Notes: generated from the sequence alone by a model not told the origin. Positions 52,231 through 63,318 are shown, counted from the stretch's first letter. The stretch is 64,000 nt of DNA from Candidatus Poseidoniales archaeon (GCA_012959435.1 DUDF01000116.1:5366-69365), one strand, 5' to 3'. Numbers and translations are program-made.

Positions 52231-55200
52231 TCAGAATGGCATCTGACCGCTGAGGGAATTACGAATTCTTCGGAATCCTAGGAATCCAATAATGAAAGCT
52301 GCTATGATTAACAACGGCACCCAAATATTTACCGATTCGGGAGGTGGTGTGGCAACCTTCAACGATCTTGTGATACTTTCATCAGAATCTTCATCTAAAT
52401 CAAGTCCGAACTCACTCTGTAAAGTAAACACGAAATTCTGCTTGCCAATGCCGACGCCATCTAAATCAATGAAGAGAATGTATTCAGCCGTATTTCCAAT
52501 TGCTATATCCTGTGATTCTGAAAGGATGTAAAGGTCATCATATCCTTCAATTGAAATGTTAACTCTGATGTTTTTTGCGTCAACAAGGCCAGTATTTTCA
52601 AGCGATACAATCATTTTGTTGCTTTTACCTCTAACGGCATCTTCACCATTAAATGTACCAGTATTATCTATTATGAAGTTCAGAAGTGGCTTCGCAGACT
52701 TAATCTGTAATTCGATTGGATCATAGGCAGTACCATCAGTGCTATTGATATTTACAGCAAGTGTAAATGCTGTAGTGTCAGCATCAGCAGGTGCAAAGAT
52801 AGTGAACGAATATGTTCTTTCTTCACCATATGCCCAAGGCGATTCACTAGGTCCTGTAGCACTCCATCCATCTGGTAACCATGCAGTGTCAATCTCAAAT
52901 CCAAGCATGTCTTGGCCATTTCCTGTATTCAGAATAACGAATTCAACACGCTTCTCTTCCCCAGGGAATACTCCAATAGTATCTCCAGGTGATGATACAA
53001 TCTCAATAGAGTAAGTCTGAGGGATGTGAATCTTCAGGACATATTCGCTGAATGTACCTGTTGAATGGGTTGTTCGTAGTTTGATGATGTGCCCGCCAGC
53101 AATTGACTGTGCGTTCTCAACATCGGCTGTTGTAACACGCATGCGTATTGAAGATGAGGCACCACCATCCAAACCAAGGGTCACGGGTGTTGTCTCGCTC
53201 CAAATTTCTGTACCATTCTCATCTGTCCCATTATAGAACTCGATATTCCAGTAATCAACATCTTCTGCATCGAAGACTGTCCCGACCGTATACTCATCAA
53301 AGGCTTCGTTACCGTTGTAAGTCAAATTAACATTGAACTCTATCACTTGGTAAGCAGTTTCATTATCATATAATGCATTAACTTCCTCATTACTATCATC
53401 TGTTTGATTTGCCCCACTAATTGATGTGATGTTGAAGTCAATCGAGTGTTCAAGGATACGATTGTAATTGAAGGTCACTGCAGGAGCTTCTTGTTGAGCA
53501 GAAATAGTACTGGTCAACCCCGCTCGGTAAACCATTGCCATCCCTCGCTCATTGGTCTCAAATACGCCCTCAAGGTAAATGTCTCCACTAGGTAATAAGA
53601 AGTTAATTTGTCCATTAGAGTCAACTGTTTCGTTCCAACTAACTCCTAAGATGGTCACTTTAATTTCAGGTGAACCGAATATTTCTGCACCAGAAACACT
53701 AGTCTCACTCAAATCATGGCTCTCACCATTAAAGTCAATCCAGTTTGTGCTGAGTACCAAAGTCCCTCCTTGAATCATAGTCAAGTTCATTTGCGCACCA
53801 TCGTGGACGTCAGCCTCAACAATTGTAATCCCAACAATTCCTTCATCAACAACTGTTGCAGAAAGAATCCAATCACCGGGTTCAACATCAGCAGTCCACT
53901 CGCCATCCCAAGAGCCATCGTTAGCCATCACCTTAGTAGGTGTACGGGAATCTCTCTCGATTCCTGACGCAGGTATTAGAGTTAGGACAACATCATCTGA
54001 GAACTCATCCCAAACTTCCATTTGCACATAATCAACAATTCCAGAAATTGTAACATTACCTGCTGATAACTCAAGGTCTGTAGAGTTAGAAACTGTTGTC
54101 ACTTGAGCAACAATCGACACCGAAGAGAACCCAAGTTGAGATGCCTCAATAGAGTAATTGTTTTGTGACGGCACAAATAATTGCCATGTACCATAGGAAG
54201 AACTAGTCAAGTTCACAGGTGTATCAAGACCTCCTCCCGAGACGGTGATGTTTGCGCCTTCAACACCTTCGTTGAAATCGTACTCGTCATCAGAATCTAA
54301 GTCCCAGAACAAGTTACCTCCAAGGGTAACCCAATGTTCTACTGAGAAGTTAATGATTGAAAGGTTTTGACCGGCAGATAATGTTGCTAGTTGTTGATCA
54401 TCCAACACCCACCTATCCATTGATTCAGAGCGGTTTAGCGCTACAACCCAATCACCGGGGAATAGGTAACCAACCATATCTCCTTGATCGTTCGTGTACG
54501 GCAGTACTACCTCGCCATATCCATCTGAGCTAGTTGCAATTAGTGAGAAACCGGTCAACGGGTCACCTGTATCACCTTCAGAAAGGTGGATTGCTACTTC
54601 AGCAGATTCCAACGAGCGCCATATCAAACCTGTTCTAGATGATGTTTCATTCGTTGTAAGTGCAACTCTAAATTGTTCATATGTGTCCGCAACCAAAGTT
54701 CTGTCAACTATGACTACCCAATCACCCTCAGGTATGTAATCTGAAATTGTTCCGTTTTCATCCGCTAATATTTGGAATGTATCCTCAGAATCAACCGAGT
54801 TAAAGATGACTGTTATGTTATCTAGAATACCACCTGATTGATTGGTTAAATTTGCTTCTAACTTCCACAATGGTTCAAGTATCAATTCTGCATACTCTGT
54901 TGTGGTGTTATCCAATCCTAATTCAAGAATTAATTCATTGTCAATTAGAACTGTATCAAAGTCAGAGCCATTTACCTTGTCTTGTGCATCAATTGCGATT
55001 GTGTATACACCTGGTTGCAATGAAGCGTTGTAATGTCCATTTGACATCTCATCTGCTGTGACGTTCAATCTTGTACCAACTCCTCCTCCAGAAATCGGTA
55101 CGAATGCAAAATCAATACTGACAAATGTGCCATTACTACTGTTCCCATCAAGTGAATGGTCTAGGAAGGCAGTAATGTCCACAGTGATGTTGTCAGGGTT

Positions 55201-58200
55201 TGCTATCAACTCCACGCGAGAAAGTTCTTCGAGGTTTATATCTGATACTTCTAATAGTAATTCATCAACATTTAGTCTATCATCTGAGACATCAAATGTC
55301 CAATTACCCTGCATCAACTTCTGTGAAAAGCGCCCTGTTTCAGGATCAATATCAAAGTACCAATGTACACCTCTATCAACCTGATATGCATGCAATTGCA
55401 CTTCAGTAAACCCAGGGATATTCGGCGTATAGGCAGTTTGGTTCTCAAATAGGTAAAGCATACCATCTACCAACAACCCTTCTTCTAAGTGAAGAATGAC
55501 TGGTGCCATACCATCAGAAACCATGAAATTGGTGCCATTTGACATTTGATTTGCAATTGATGTGGTGGTCATATTTACATCTACACCTTCAGGTAAGAAC
55601 ACTGAGAAATTACCTGCTTCGGAGCCATAACCTGTTTGGACTGAAGTTGTGATTCCGCCCCATTGGAACTTTACCTCAATATTTGGAACACCTTCATCGG
55701 GTGACTCCTCTTTCCCAGTTTCAACAAGAATTTGACCGGTGACGTTGATGCTTCTCCTCAGCATCCAATTGATGTCTGTGATGTCCTCTGTCAACTCAAA
55801 TTCTTCCCACAGTAACAAATCACCATCGGAAGATGTGTTGGCAACCCACTCGCCTTCTGGCAATTCAACCCGATAAGTACCTGTTTCATTATCATAAATT
55901 GCTTCAACATATTCGTCGTCTGATAATACCGGACCATGGAAATTGATAACTGCATCAGTAACTGGTTCGACTGAACCGCCACCGGCATCCTTCATCAGTG
56001 TGAATTCCATGTCAAAATGCATAGGAACTGCGGCATCACTGCTCGCCATTGTGAAATTCGTTGGGTCGATTGTAGCAGCGACTGCAGCTCTACCATCACA
56101 GAAATTGGCTGTAGCAGGAGTTATCCAAGGAATACATTCGTTGAATCCATCGCCATCAGCATCCATAACCATCTCGTATGAACCATCAGGAATAGGCCCA
56201 TAACCAAATGAACCATTCTCATCAGTATAGATGATACAGGGAGCAAATATAGCCTCAGTGCAAGGTTCTGTTGCCTCTTCATCAATGCTTACTTCAGTTA
56301 GGTACAATTCAGTATTTGCAATTGGCGAACCATTGAACCAAACTAGTTCACCATCGAGTCGAGAACCCGGTAGACGTAATTCAACTCCACTAGTTGGAGT
56401 CGTATCAACTTCAAGTGGAGTACTCAATCTAGTGATATTCCCATTTGGAAGAATAACATAAACTCGGTATGAGCCAGGTAATGCGTCAACTAAGTGGAAT
56501 GTACCGGGCTCAACCATTGGGCCGTTGAAAATACCAGCACCGCTGAATGTGCCACTACCGTTGATTGTACCGTATGTTTCAAGACTCTCATCAGTCCCAT
56601 CGGTGAAGAATATACCGTTGCCTACAAGTGTTTCACGGTATAATGTTGCAGTGTAATCAACTGAACCATTTGCAGTTACTTTACCTGTACCGTCAAAAGT
56701 CCCTGAGAACAAGTATGTAACTGGATCTGAATCCGCCAATGTACATATTTCAGAGGGTTCAGGGATTGTGTTATTAACACATGTTGGAATTATTTCACCA
56801 CTTGTGATATCGCCAACGAATTGACCTGCACCAGAGAATTTCCCAACCCCTGTAAATGAGTGATTATTTGCAATCTGTCTTGTGTAGTTACCAGTGAAAT
56901 CAGACACTAATACCTCGCCTTCAGTAACTACCAAACCAGCACCAGTAAAGGTCACCTCACCTTCACCACGGAACACACGTGGATATTCATCGGTTGACAC
57001 AACTGTACCATTAGTAGTCCAGATATGCCCTAGTTCTTCTTCTGTCCAAATATCAGTAAAAATCAATTCATGGGAACTCAAAGGTGTCCCATCAAATGAT
57101 GAGTGCCCTTCCCAAGTAACAATTCCTGTCGCACTGGATGCTTCAATTGACAATGACTTCGAAATAACTGCACCACCATTGGTATCTGCTTGCGCACCAG
57201 TGACATTGAAATCCATCTCTCCGAGTAACTTCCCACCACTAACATTTGCCAAAATTCCAGTGATTGGATTAACTGACCTACTACCATCTTCATCAGTGCT
57301 TTGGCCTAAAACATCTGAAAACCATCCTTGCCATTCTTGGAAGTTGCTTTGTGCTGAGACGATTGCGTCACGGTCTTGATTACGCAAAACCTGTGCATCT
57401 TCTGCAAATCCAGAGAATGCTGTTACGCGAATGTGACCTGCTGGAACGCGGAATTCAAACCGTCCATTCTCGTCTGCATCAACTGAACCAATTGGGATCC
57501 AATATTCTCTTGGGTCCTCATCAAAGATATCTTCACCACTGTAAGCGTCACGTTCAATCAATAGACGTGCCTTCGGGACTACTCCGAAGTCACCTAATTT
57601 GACTTCACCACTTAGGGTAGCACCACTGTAGTACTTGAGTATCTTTACACCTGTGTTCGCATCATACCAAGGAGTGGTTTCGGTGGCTTCATCATTATAC
57701 CAATTCGCGATAACAAAGTTAGGCATCATAGCACCGGGAAGCGGGTATGCATACTGCAAACTGCTGTTCGTACTACCTCTTAGGTCAAAGTGCTGACCTG
57801 GCTGAGCAACCTTCCCAGGGAGACCCAATTGTGAACTACCGTAGCCAACATAAGCGCGGGCAACCATAGTTTCAAAGAATTCAGGCTCTTGATCAACCCG
57901 TAAGTCAACTGCTTGAATAATGTCCCCTGTGTTCTGTGATTGACTGAGTATGAGATCATTCTTGTATTGCTCTTCATATTCAGCTTGAGTCATGTCAACA
58001 AAGAAGTTTGAACTACCTCTCTGAGTAACATACCACGTCTTCATGTATGTCTCAGGGTCAAGACCAGCAAGTGTGGTAGGTGCATAGAAAATCCCCGTTG
58101 GATTACCACCACTACTCTGGTATGAGCCGCCTGTTGGATACAGACGATTATCAACTCCGAAATAACGAATATCGTGGTTTCTAGTAATAGTATCTCCAGG

Positions 58201-61200
58201 GCTACCCTCTGAATCTTCAACAATGTAGGTGACATCATTTGTTAATTGATGATAAATATCAACTAATTCAGGCATATCCATTACAGTAGTCAAGAAAACC
58301 CTACCTAGTGCTAAGCGGGCGTTCTGCCTGTGGATTGAAGATGATACATCATCAAAATCCTCAACTATGTCCTTTGTGTACCAATAATTACCAATTACTT
58401 GGTGACTAAACTTATTAACAACTTCATCGTTACGATCCTTTGATTGATTGAACTGAATCAATGCATCATTTTTATTGTTAAAATCGCCACCTATTTGCTC
58501 CTCACTATCATACACACGATAGATTGTAGCAGATGTTGGCATTCCGTTGTAGTCAAGCACGTGCCCCTCGCCAAGTGCAATTGCACCTGCTTTCTTAGTA
58601 ATTGAGAATGAACGAGATTTTAACTCATCAACCCCATTATCTCCACCTAGAGTGTTTAGAAGTAGGAACTCCTCAATTTGACTGTCAGTAAAATGCTTCT
58701 CTAAAGTGCGCTGGAAGTCAGGTGTAAATGTGCCACCATTGTATCTCAAATCACCTTCTGCAATCGTCATAGTGTAAAGTGAAAGCAAATCTTGGTCACT
58801 TTGTGCCAACAACATATTTCCAGCAGCAGGAATTCCGGACTGGAAGTTATCAGCGACTGTTGGATGCTTTCCTTGAGCCAATGCTTGGAATCCATAATCC
58901 CACCATGATACGAATGCTGGCCTTTGTCCAAACGGTACATCAGCGTCCTGCTCTTCAAGCCATTGATATCCCTCATTCCAAGATTCACCATTGAATCCAG
59001 GTCCAAAGGCACCCATGTACCAACAACTGCTTTCCTTTGCGCTACCGCGGCAATGGTTCGCTGGGTTGTACTGAGTAGAATCTAGGAAAGACCAACCAAA
59101 GATTGGATCTTCTGCACGCAGAATATTAGGTGTTATATTGTAAATATTTGAATCAATATCCTTTGCCTTTGAGTTCCCTGATGGAACCCCTGAGTCTAAT
59201 CCGTAGGTTGCGTGTTGTGCACCTACTAACATGAAAATCATCAGAACTGCAAGCACTCCAGGATATTTCCTAGCAGTCTTGGTAGTTGAGGAAAAGCGAG
59301 CTCTAGGAGAGCCGATACCGAGTCTGCGCCAAGCCTTGGCGAAATCAGTACCCCCTACCCACTGCCACATGATGACAAATGCCCAAGCACCCATCACTGC
59401 AACTGGAGGCGTTGCGTTGAAAATGAATCTACCAGCGCGCCATGCCATCACTCCTGCAACCAAAATCCAGATTGCTAGAACTAACCTACTACTATCACGA
59501 CGGCGCATGCCTTGCCAAAGTGCAATGAATCCAGCAAATAATGCTGCCAATGCTACTATTGGACCAAAGGATGCGAATAGCATTGCTCGACTTGGAGCCT
59601 GTGCTTCAGCGATAGTATCGAAAATTTTGTTCTTTGATAGATAGAAACCACCAGTAAAGAGAACATCCCAACCATTGTATATCCCCAAAAATTGAATCAA
59701 CCAAAGAGCACCGAGGATTACACCCGCTAGCGCACCTCCGCTAACCAATACCAGAAGCCATGGTTTGTCACGGAAAGAAACAGCGACCCACCCTGCTATA
59801 AATGTGAATCCGACAATGTAGAACATTGGTTGGAAACCACTCGCATCGAATACCAGTCCCAGTTGCATATGAGCATAGAATGGTAATGGAAGTAAGAATG
59901 TGACCAACATCATTGTCATTGCAGTAACATACAATGCCATGCTGTCACGTCTGCGGAATTGATTCATCACAATCTGAGCGAAGAACGCCAAGAAAACGAT
60001 TCCAAGACCATAAACGAACCCTTTCCATCCTAGAGCAACAGTAGAAAATGCAACACCTGAGAGAATAGCATTAGCAATTGCTCCTTGTCGCTTTTCAAAT
60101 GTGGCTTTGATTCCTTTGAATAAATAGGCAGGTGACCAATTTGCATTAGCCACCATTTTATCGTCCCCTGCTGCCTTTACTGCTTTCAACCAGAAGTAGA
60201 AACCTAGTGATAGGAACAAGATTGCAAATGCATCGTGGTCAGCCAAAGCAAAGGTGCTGTGACCAACGTGCCCTGGCATCAGAGCAATCAACCATGCCGC
60301 AACTGCACCAGTAGCACGACCGAAGAATCGGTTACCAATTCCTGCAATAGGTAGCACAGTTAGTGCACCATAAATTGCAGGAAGAGCCGCCACAGACCAC
60401 CAAACAGCGTCAGATGCTGGGACACCTAGCAAAGGTGCTAGAATCATGCCACCAACAGCAAGACTCCATGAAAACAAAGGTGGACGAGGGTTGATTGCAC
60501 CTAATGGGTAAGAACGATCCATGTCGATGAGGAAGTGGTTGTGCTCTGCAAGGATGTATTCAACCGTACGCATCATGTACCATGGGTCAGAACCACCAGT
60601 CAAGTCCCATTCATGGGTACCAGTAGAGTTCATGAATGGAAGAACATTCCATACCACACGAACTAGCAAACCAGACAAAAGAGCAGAACCTACGGTAATA
60701 CCATACCAATGCTCCTTCCAAAATTGCTTAGCCAATCCTGGTGTTCTTCTTGGTGAACCATCACCCAATTTTCCTTTGACACTTAGCATCACAACTAGCA
60801 CATTAAGCCAGAAGAAGATGAAGAACCAAACAAACAGACCATTATTCCCGGAGAAATATGAGTGCCATTCTTGTGAACCATTCATTATGATTCCATTCTC
60901 GTGGAAAGAACCGGCTGAGTAAATTAACCAGTTCATAGCGATTAAACCGCCACGTGTCCGCATATTTTCTGCAAAGCAATATGCAGTGAATAATGAGATT
61001 ACACCAGTAAATAGTGGCCACCATACTCCGATTGTATCACCTGAAATTCTCTGTGCTTCTGTTGCTGAGAAGAAAGATGATTCTGAAATCAGGTGGGCTA
61101 GAAGCCAAACACCAAATGCAGCAAACAACGGAATGAATGCTTTATCGTTGATTTTCTCTGGCAGGCTGGAAAACCAACCCTTTGTACTAGGCTTAACAAA

Positions 61201-61818
61201 TCTACCACGAATACCGAGTGTGACGAGCACACCGGTTAAGATAGATATCATCCAGCCGTTAAAGAACAGGAAAGCGGTTGCTTCCCTGTGCCCATCCATT
61301 GCGCCCCAGTAGTTCTCTGTTAGGTCAGGTAGCCAAGCACCGTTCACGAACTGAGTACCGTCCCAAAAAGGGGCAGCAACAGCTGCAAATGAAAGCGCAG
61401 CATAGAAGCCCATTACAATCCAGATGAGTAGGTTTGCTTCATCGTTACGACCTACTCTGTCAAACATGTGTACTCCGAATGCTAAAATCAGGAATAACAC
61501 TCCAAGTAGAGTATTCCCTAAAACCAACTGCGGAATCGCTGCTGCGAGTACTAGTGGCGCGAAGATTAGCAATGTGACCTGTGCAGGTTTCACTCCGAGG
61601 TTGGAGAAGACGATTCGTGGCACACTACCGAACATTGCACCGATCGTGAGTAACACGAACGGCAATACTTGCGTCATTATTGCTGTCTCTTTATCATAGG
61701 TCACACCCAGTGGATACATTGCCATCGTCATTAGCAGCAGAATAAGTGCTGCCAATGGTGCTCTAGCAAGCCCCCACACTACATTACGTAGCGCAGATGC
61801 GTTTCCTTCATTTTCCAT
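52231..61818 (-). CDS. aglB: Giant (~3,200 aa) AglB/STT3 oligosaccharyltransferase with an extra N-terminal multi-TM domain and a ~1,800-aa C-terminal beta-sandwich extension plus TM anchor
   Basis: SDPWYMMR, YPLG..NPRPPLF, ADHD, WKG, TIAEAQ, SWWDYG (58891-58905) and DNFQ motifs. Start placed at ATG 61818 behind a GAGGT RBS; the ORF opens at 61896. Confidence 0.9.
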   Translation of the reverse strand: MENEGNASALRNVVWGLARAPLAALILLLMTMAMYPLGVTYDKETAIMTQVLPFVLLTIGAMFGSVPRIVFSNLGVKPAQVTLLIFAPLVLAAAIPQLVLGNTLLGVLFLILAFGVHMFDRVGRNDEANLLIWIVMGFYAALSFAAVAAPFWDGTQFVNGAWLPDLTENYWGAMDGHREATAFLFFNGWMISILTGVLVTLGIRGRFVKPSTKGWFSSLPEKINDKAFIPLFAAFGVWLLAHLISESSFFSATEAQRISGDTIGVWWPLFTGVISLFTAYCFAENMRTRGGLIAMNWLIYSAGSFHENGIIMNGSQEWHSYFSGNNGLFVWFFIFFWLNVLVVMLSVKGKLGDGSPRRTPGLAKQFWKEHWYGITVGSALLSGLLVRVVWNVLPFMNSTGTHEWDLTGGSDPWYMMRTVEYILAEHNHFLIDMDRSYPLGAINPRPPLFSWSLAVGGMILAPLLGVPASDAVWWSVAALPAIYGALTVLPIAGIGNRFFGRATGAVAAWLIALMPGHVGHSTFALADHDAFAILFLSLGFYFWLKAVKAAGDDKMVANANWSPAYLFKGIKATFEKRQGAIANAILSGVAFSTVALGWKGFVYGLGIVFLAFFAQIVMNQFRRRDSMALYVTAMTMMLVTFLLPLPFYAHMQLGLVFDASGFQPMFYIVGFTFIAGWVAVSFRDKPWLLVLVSGGALAGVILGALWLIQFLGIYNGWDVLFTGGFYLSKNKIFDTIAEAQAPSRAMLFASFGPIVALAALFAGFIALWQGMRRRDSSRLVLAIWILVAGVMAWRAGRFIFNATPPVAVMGAWAFVIMWQWVGGTDFAKAWRRLGIGSPRARFSSTTKTARKYPGVLAVLMIFMLVGAQHATYGLDSGVPSGNSKAKDIDSNIYNITPNILRAEDPIFGWSFLDSTQYNPANHCRGSAKESSCWYMGAFGPGFNGESWNEGYQWLEEQDADVPFGQRPAFVSWWDYGFQALAQGKHPTVADNFQSGIPAAGNMLLAQSDQDLLSLYTMTIAEGDLRYNGGTFTPDFQRTLEKHFTDSQIEEFLLLNTLGGDNGVDELKSRSFSITKKAGAIALGEGHVLDYNGMPTSATIYRVYDSEEQIGGDFNNKNDALIQFNQSKDRNDEVVNKFSHQVIGNYWYTKDIVEDFDDVSSSIHRQNARLALGRVFLTTVMDMPELVDIYHQLTNDVTYIVEDSEGSPGDTITRNHDIRYFGVDNRLYPTGGSYQSSGGNPTGIFYAPTTLAGLDPETYMKTWYVTQRGSSNFFVDMTQAEYEEQYKNDLILSQSQNTGDIIQAVDLRVDQEPEFFETMVARAYVGYGSSQLGLPGKVAQPGQHFDLRGSTNSSLQYAYPLPGAMMPNFVIANWYNDEATETTPWYDANTGVKILKYYSGATLSGEVKLGDFGVVPKARLLIERDAYSGEDIFDEDPREYWIPIGSVDADENGRFEFRVPAGHIRVTAFSGFAEDAQVLRNQDRDAIVSAQSNFQEWQGWFSDVLGQSTDEDGSRSVNPITGILANVSGGKLLGEMDFNVTGAQADTNGGAVISKSLSIEASSATGIVTWEGHSSFDGTPLSSHELIFTDIWTEEELGHIWTTNGTVVSTDEYPRVFRGEGEVTFTGAGLVVTEGEVLVSDFTGNYTRQIANNHSFTGVGKFSGAGQFVGDITSGEIIPTCVNNTIPEPSEICTLADSDPVTYLFSGTFDGTGKVTANGSVDYTATLYRETLVGNGIFFTDGTDESLETYGTINGSGTFSGAGIFNGPMVEPGTFHLVDALPGSYRVYVILPNGNITRLSTPLEVDTTPTSGVELRLPGSRLDGELVWFNGSPIANTELYLTEVSIDEEATEPCTEAIFAPCIIYTDENGSFGYGPIPDGSYEMVMDADGDGFNECIPWITPATANFCDGRAAVAATIDPTNFTMASSDAAVPMHFDMEFTLMKDAGGGSVEPVTDAVINFHGPVLSDDEYVEAIYDNETGTYRVELPEGEWVANTSSDGDLLLWEEFELTEDITDINWMLRRSINVTGQILVETGKEESPDEGVPNIEVKFQWGGITTSVQTGYGSEAGNFSVFLPEGVDVNMTTTSIANQMSNGTNFMVSDGMAPVILHLEEGLLVDGMLYLFENQTAYTPNIPGFTEVQLHAYQVDRGVHWYFDIDPETGRFSQKLMQGNWTFDVSDDRLNVDELLLEVSDINLEELSRVELIANPDNITVDITAFLDHSLDGNSSNGTFVSIDFAFVPISGGGVGTRLNVTADEMSNGHYNASLQPGVYTIAIDAQDKVNGSDFDTVLIDNELILELGLDNTTTEYAELILEPLWKLEANLTNQSGGILDNITVIFNSVDSEDTFQILADENGTISDYIPEGDWVVIVDRTLVADTYEQFRVALTTNETSSRTGLIWRSLESAEVAIHLSEGDTGDPLTGFSLIATSSDGYGEVVLPYTNDQGDMVGYLFPGDWVVALNRSESMDRWVLDDQQLATLSAGQNLSIINFSVEHWVTLGGNLFWDLDSDDEYDFNEGVEGANITVSGGGLDTPVNLTSSSYGTWQLFVPSQNNYSIEASQLGFSSVSIVAQVTTVSNSTDLELSAGNVTISGIVDYVQMEVWDEFSDDVVLTLIPASGIERDSRTPTKVMANDGSWDGEWTADVEPGDWILSATVVDEGIVGITIVEADVHDGAQMNLTMIQGGTLVLSTNWIDFNGESHDLSETSVSGAEIFGSPEIKVTILGVSWNETVDSNGQINFLLPSGDIYLEGVFETNERGMAMVYRAGLTSTISAQQEAPAVTFNYNRILEHSIDFNITSISGANQTDDSNEEVNALYDNETAYQVIEFNVNLTYNGNEAFDEYTVGTVFDAEDVDYWNIEFYNGTDENGTEIWSETTPVTLGLDGGASSSIRMRVTTADVENAQSIAGGHIIKLRTTHSTGTFSEYVLKIHIPQTYSIEIVSSPGDTIGVFPGEEKRVEFVILNTGNGQDMLGFEIDTAWLPDGWSATGPSESPWAYGEERTYSFTIFAPADADTTAFTLAVNINSTDGTAYDPIELQIKSAKPLLNFIIDNTGTFNGEDAVRGKSNKMIVSLENTGLVDAKNIRVNISIEGYDDLYILSESQDIAIGNTAEYILFIDLDGVGIGKQNFVFTLQSEFGLDLDEDSDESITRSLKVATPPPESVNIWVPLLIIAAFIIGFLGFRRIRNSLSGQMPF

Positions 61819-61964
61819 TTCCATTACCTCGGTTGTTGTCAGTCTTACGACCTTCAGCGTGGCCGCCACCTGACCCCTTTTTTTAACCGTTGCCAAACGA
61901 ACGCACGCACACCCACACGCACGTAGGGGGTAAAGCCGTAGTCCAACACTTGGTATTTTATTCT

Positions 61965-63233
61965 CTACAACGCTCTAAAACCGATGTCCGAACGATAGTG
62001 AGAACCTTCCAAAATGATGCCATCCATCAATGAATATGCAAGATTTCGTGCTTCGTCCAAGTTTGGACCGATGCCAGTGCAAGCAAGAACTCGGCCACCA
62101 CTTGAGACCAATTCACCCCCACTTTCATGCTTTGTACCCGCATGATGGATGAACGCGCCGCCGTCCCCGTTTGCAATCAGCGCAACTTCAATGGAAATTG
62201 GCAATCCTTTGCGTGGAGAATCAGGGTATCCTTCCGCCGCTAGAACCACTGTCAAAGCCGATGCATCGGTAAATTCAGGAGAGTGGGAACCTACGGTTCC
62301 AGATGCAACAGAAAACAGCAATTCGTAAAGGTCACTAGAAATCAAAGGTATCGTCACCTGAGTTTCAGGATCACCAAACCGCACATTATACTCGACAACA
62401 TAGGGGTCACCTAACTCATCAATCATTAGCCCGACATAGAGGCAACCACGGTAAAGAGAATCTTGAGACCTTAGCCATTCATGCATCGGCTCAACAATTC
62501 TTGAGTAAACCTTCTCACGCACCTCATCTGTAACCACAGGTGCTGGAGCGTATGCACCCATCCCCCCGGTGTTTGGACCTGTATCACCCTCTCCAACTCG
62601 TTTATGGTCCTGACTTGCGGGCAAGGCAACCCATCCACTTTCATCAAGCATGATGAGCATACTTGCTTCCTCACCACTGAGAAATTCTTCTAGTAGCACA
62701 AATCCATCTGCTTGCAAACCGTCAGACAACGCCTGACTTGCTTCTTGCCGGTCTGATGTTACGACTACACCTTTCCCCCCGGCAAGAACATCACGCTTGA
62801 CTACCCAAGGAGGTGCGAAGTCATCAAGTGCAGAGTCAATTTGTGAGGGAGAATTGATGTTGTGAATCCCTGCAGTAGGGATACCGAGATTTTGCATTGT
62901 CTGTTTTGCGTACAACTTACTCCCTTCAAGTTTAGCACCCTCAGTGTGAGGACCAAAACAGGGAATTCCTGCGGCAGTTAATTTGTCGGCCAAACCATCC
63001 ACTAAAGGGCCTTCTGGGCCAACTACAACAAGGTCGCAGCCTAACGATTGAGCCAATCCTACTAAGGATTCAACATCACCCGCTGAAAACGGATGATTAG
63101 TTGCTACTAGGGAAGTTCCAGCATTGCCAGGGGCAACGTGAACCTCACCTACAGAAGGCGATGCAACGAGGCCCATAGTCAACGCATGCTCGCGCCCGCC
63201 GCCGCCAACTACCAGAACGGTCGCCTCCGCCAT
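61965..63233 (-). CDS. purD: Phosphoribosylamine-glycine ligase
   Basis: VVGGGGREHAL, APGNAG, VVGPEGPL, LEGSK, LAGGKGV, QDHKRVGEGDTGPNTGGMGAY, EYNVRFGDPE, SGGRVL, YRSDIG. Confidence 0.98.
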   Translation of the reverse strand: MAEATVLVVGGGGREHALTMGLVASPSVGEVHVAPGNAGTSLVATNHPFSAGDVESLVGLAQSLGCDLVVVGPEGPLVDGLADKLTAAGIPCFGPHTEGAKLEGSKLYAKQTMQNLGIPTAGIHNINSPSQIDSALDDFAPPWVVKRDVLAGGKGVVVTSDRQEASQALSDGLQADGFVLLEEFLSGEEASMLIMLDESGWVALPASQDHKRVGEGDTGPNTGGMGAYAPAPVVTDEVREKVYSRIVEPMHEWLRSQDSLYRGCLYVGLMIDELGDPYVVEYNVRFGDPETQVTIPLISSDLYELLFSVASGTVGSHSPEFTDASALTVVLAAEGYPDSPRKGLPISIEVALIANGDGGAFIHHAGTKHESGGELVSSGGRVLACTGIGPNLDEARNLAYSLMDGIILEGSHYRSDIGFRAL

Positions 63234-63318
63234 CAATCACATTGGTAGCAAAGGGGGGCGATAAGCAATACCACCGAGTTGACAAAGTAAAAAAGGGAAT
63301 AAACTCTGTTCTTTAACT

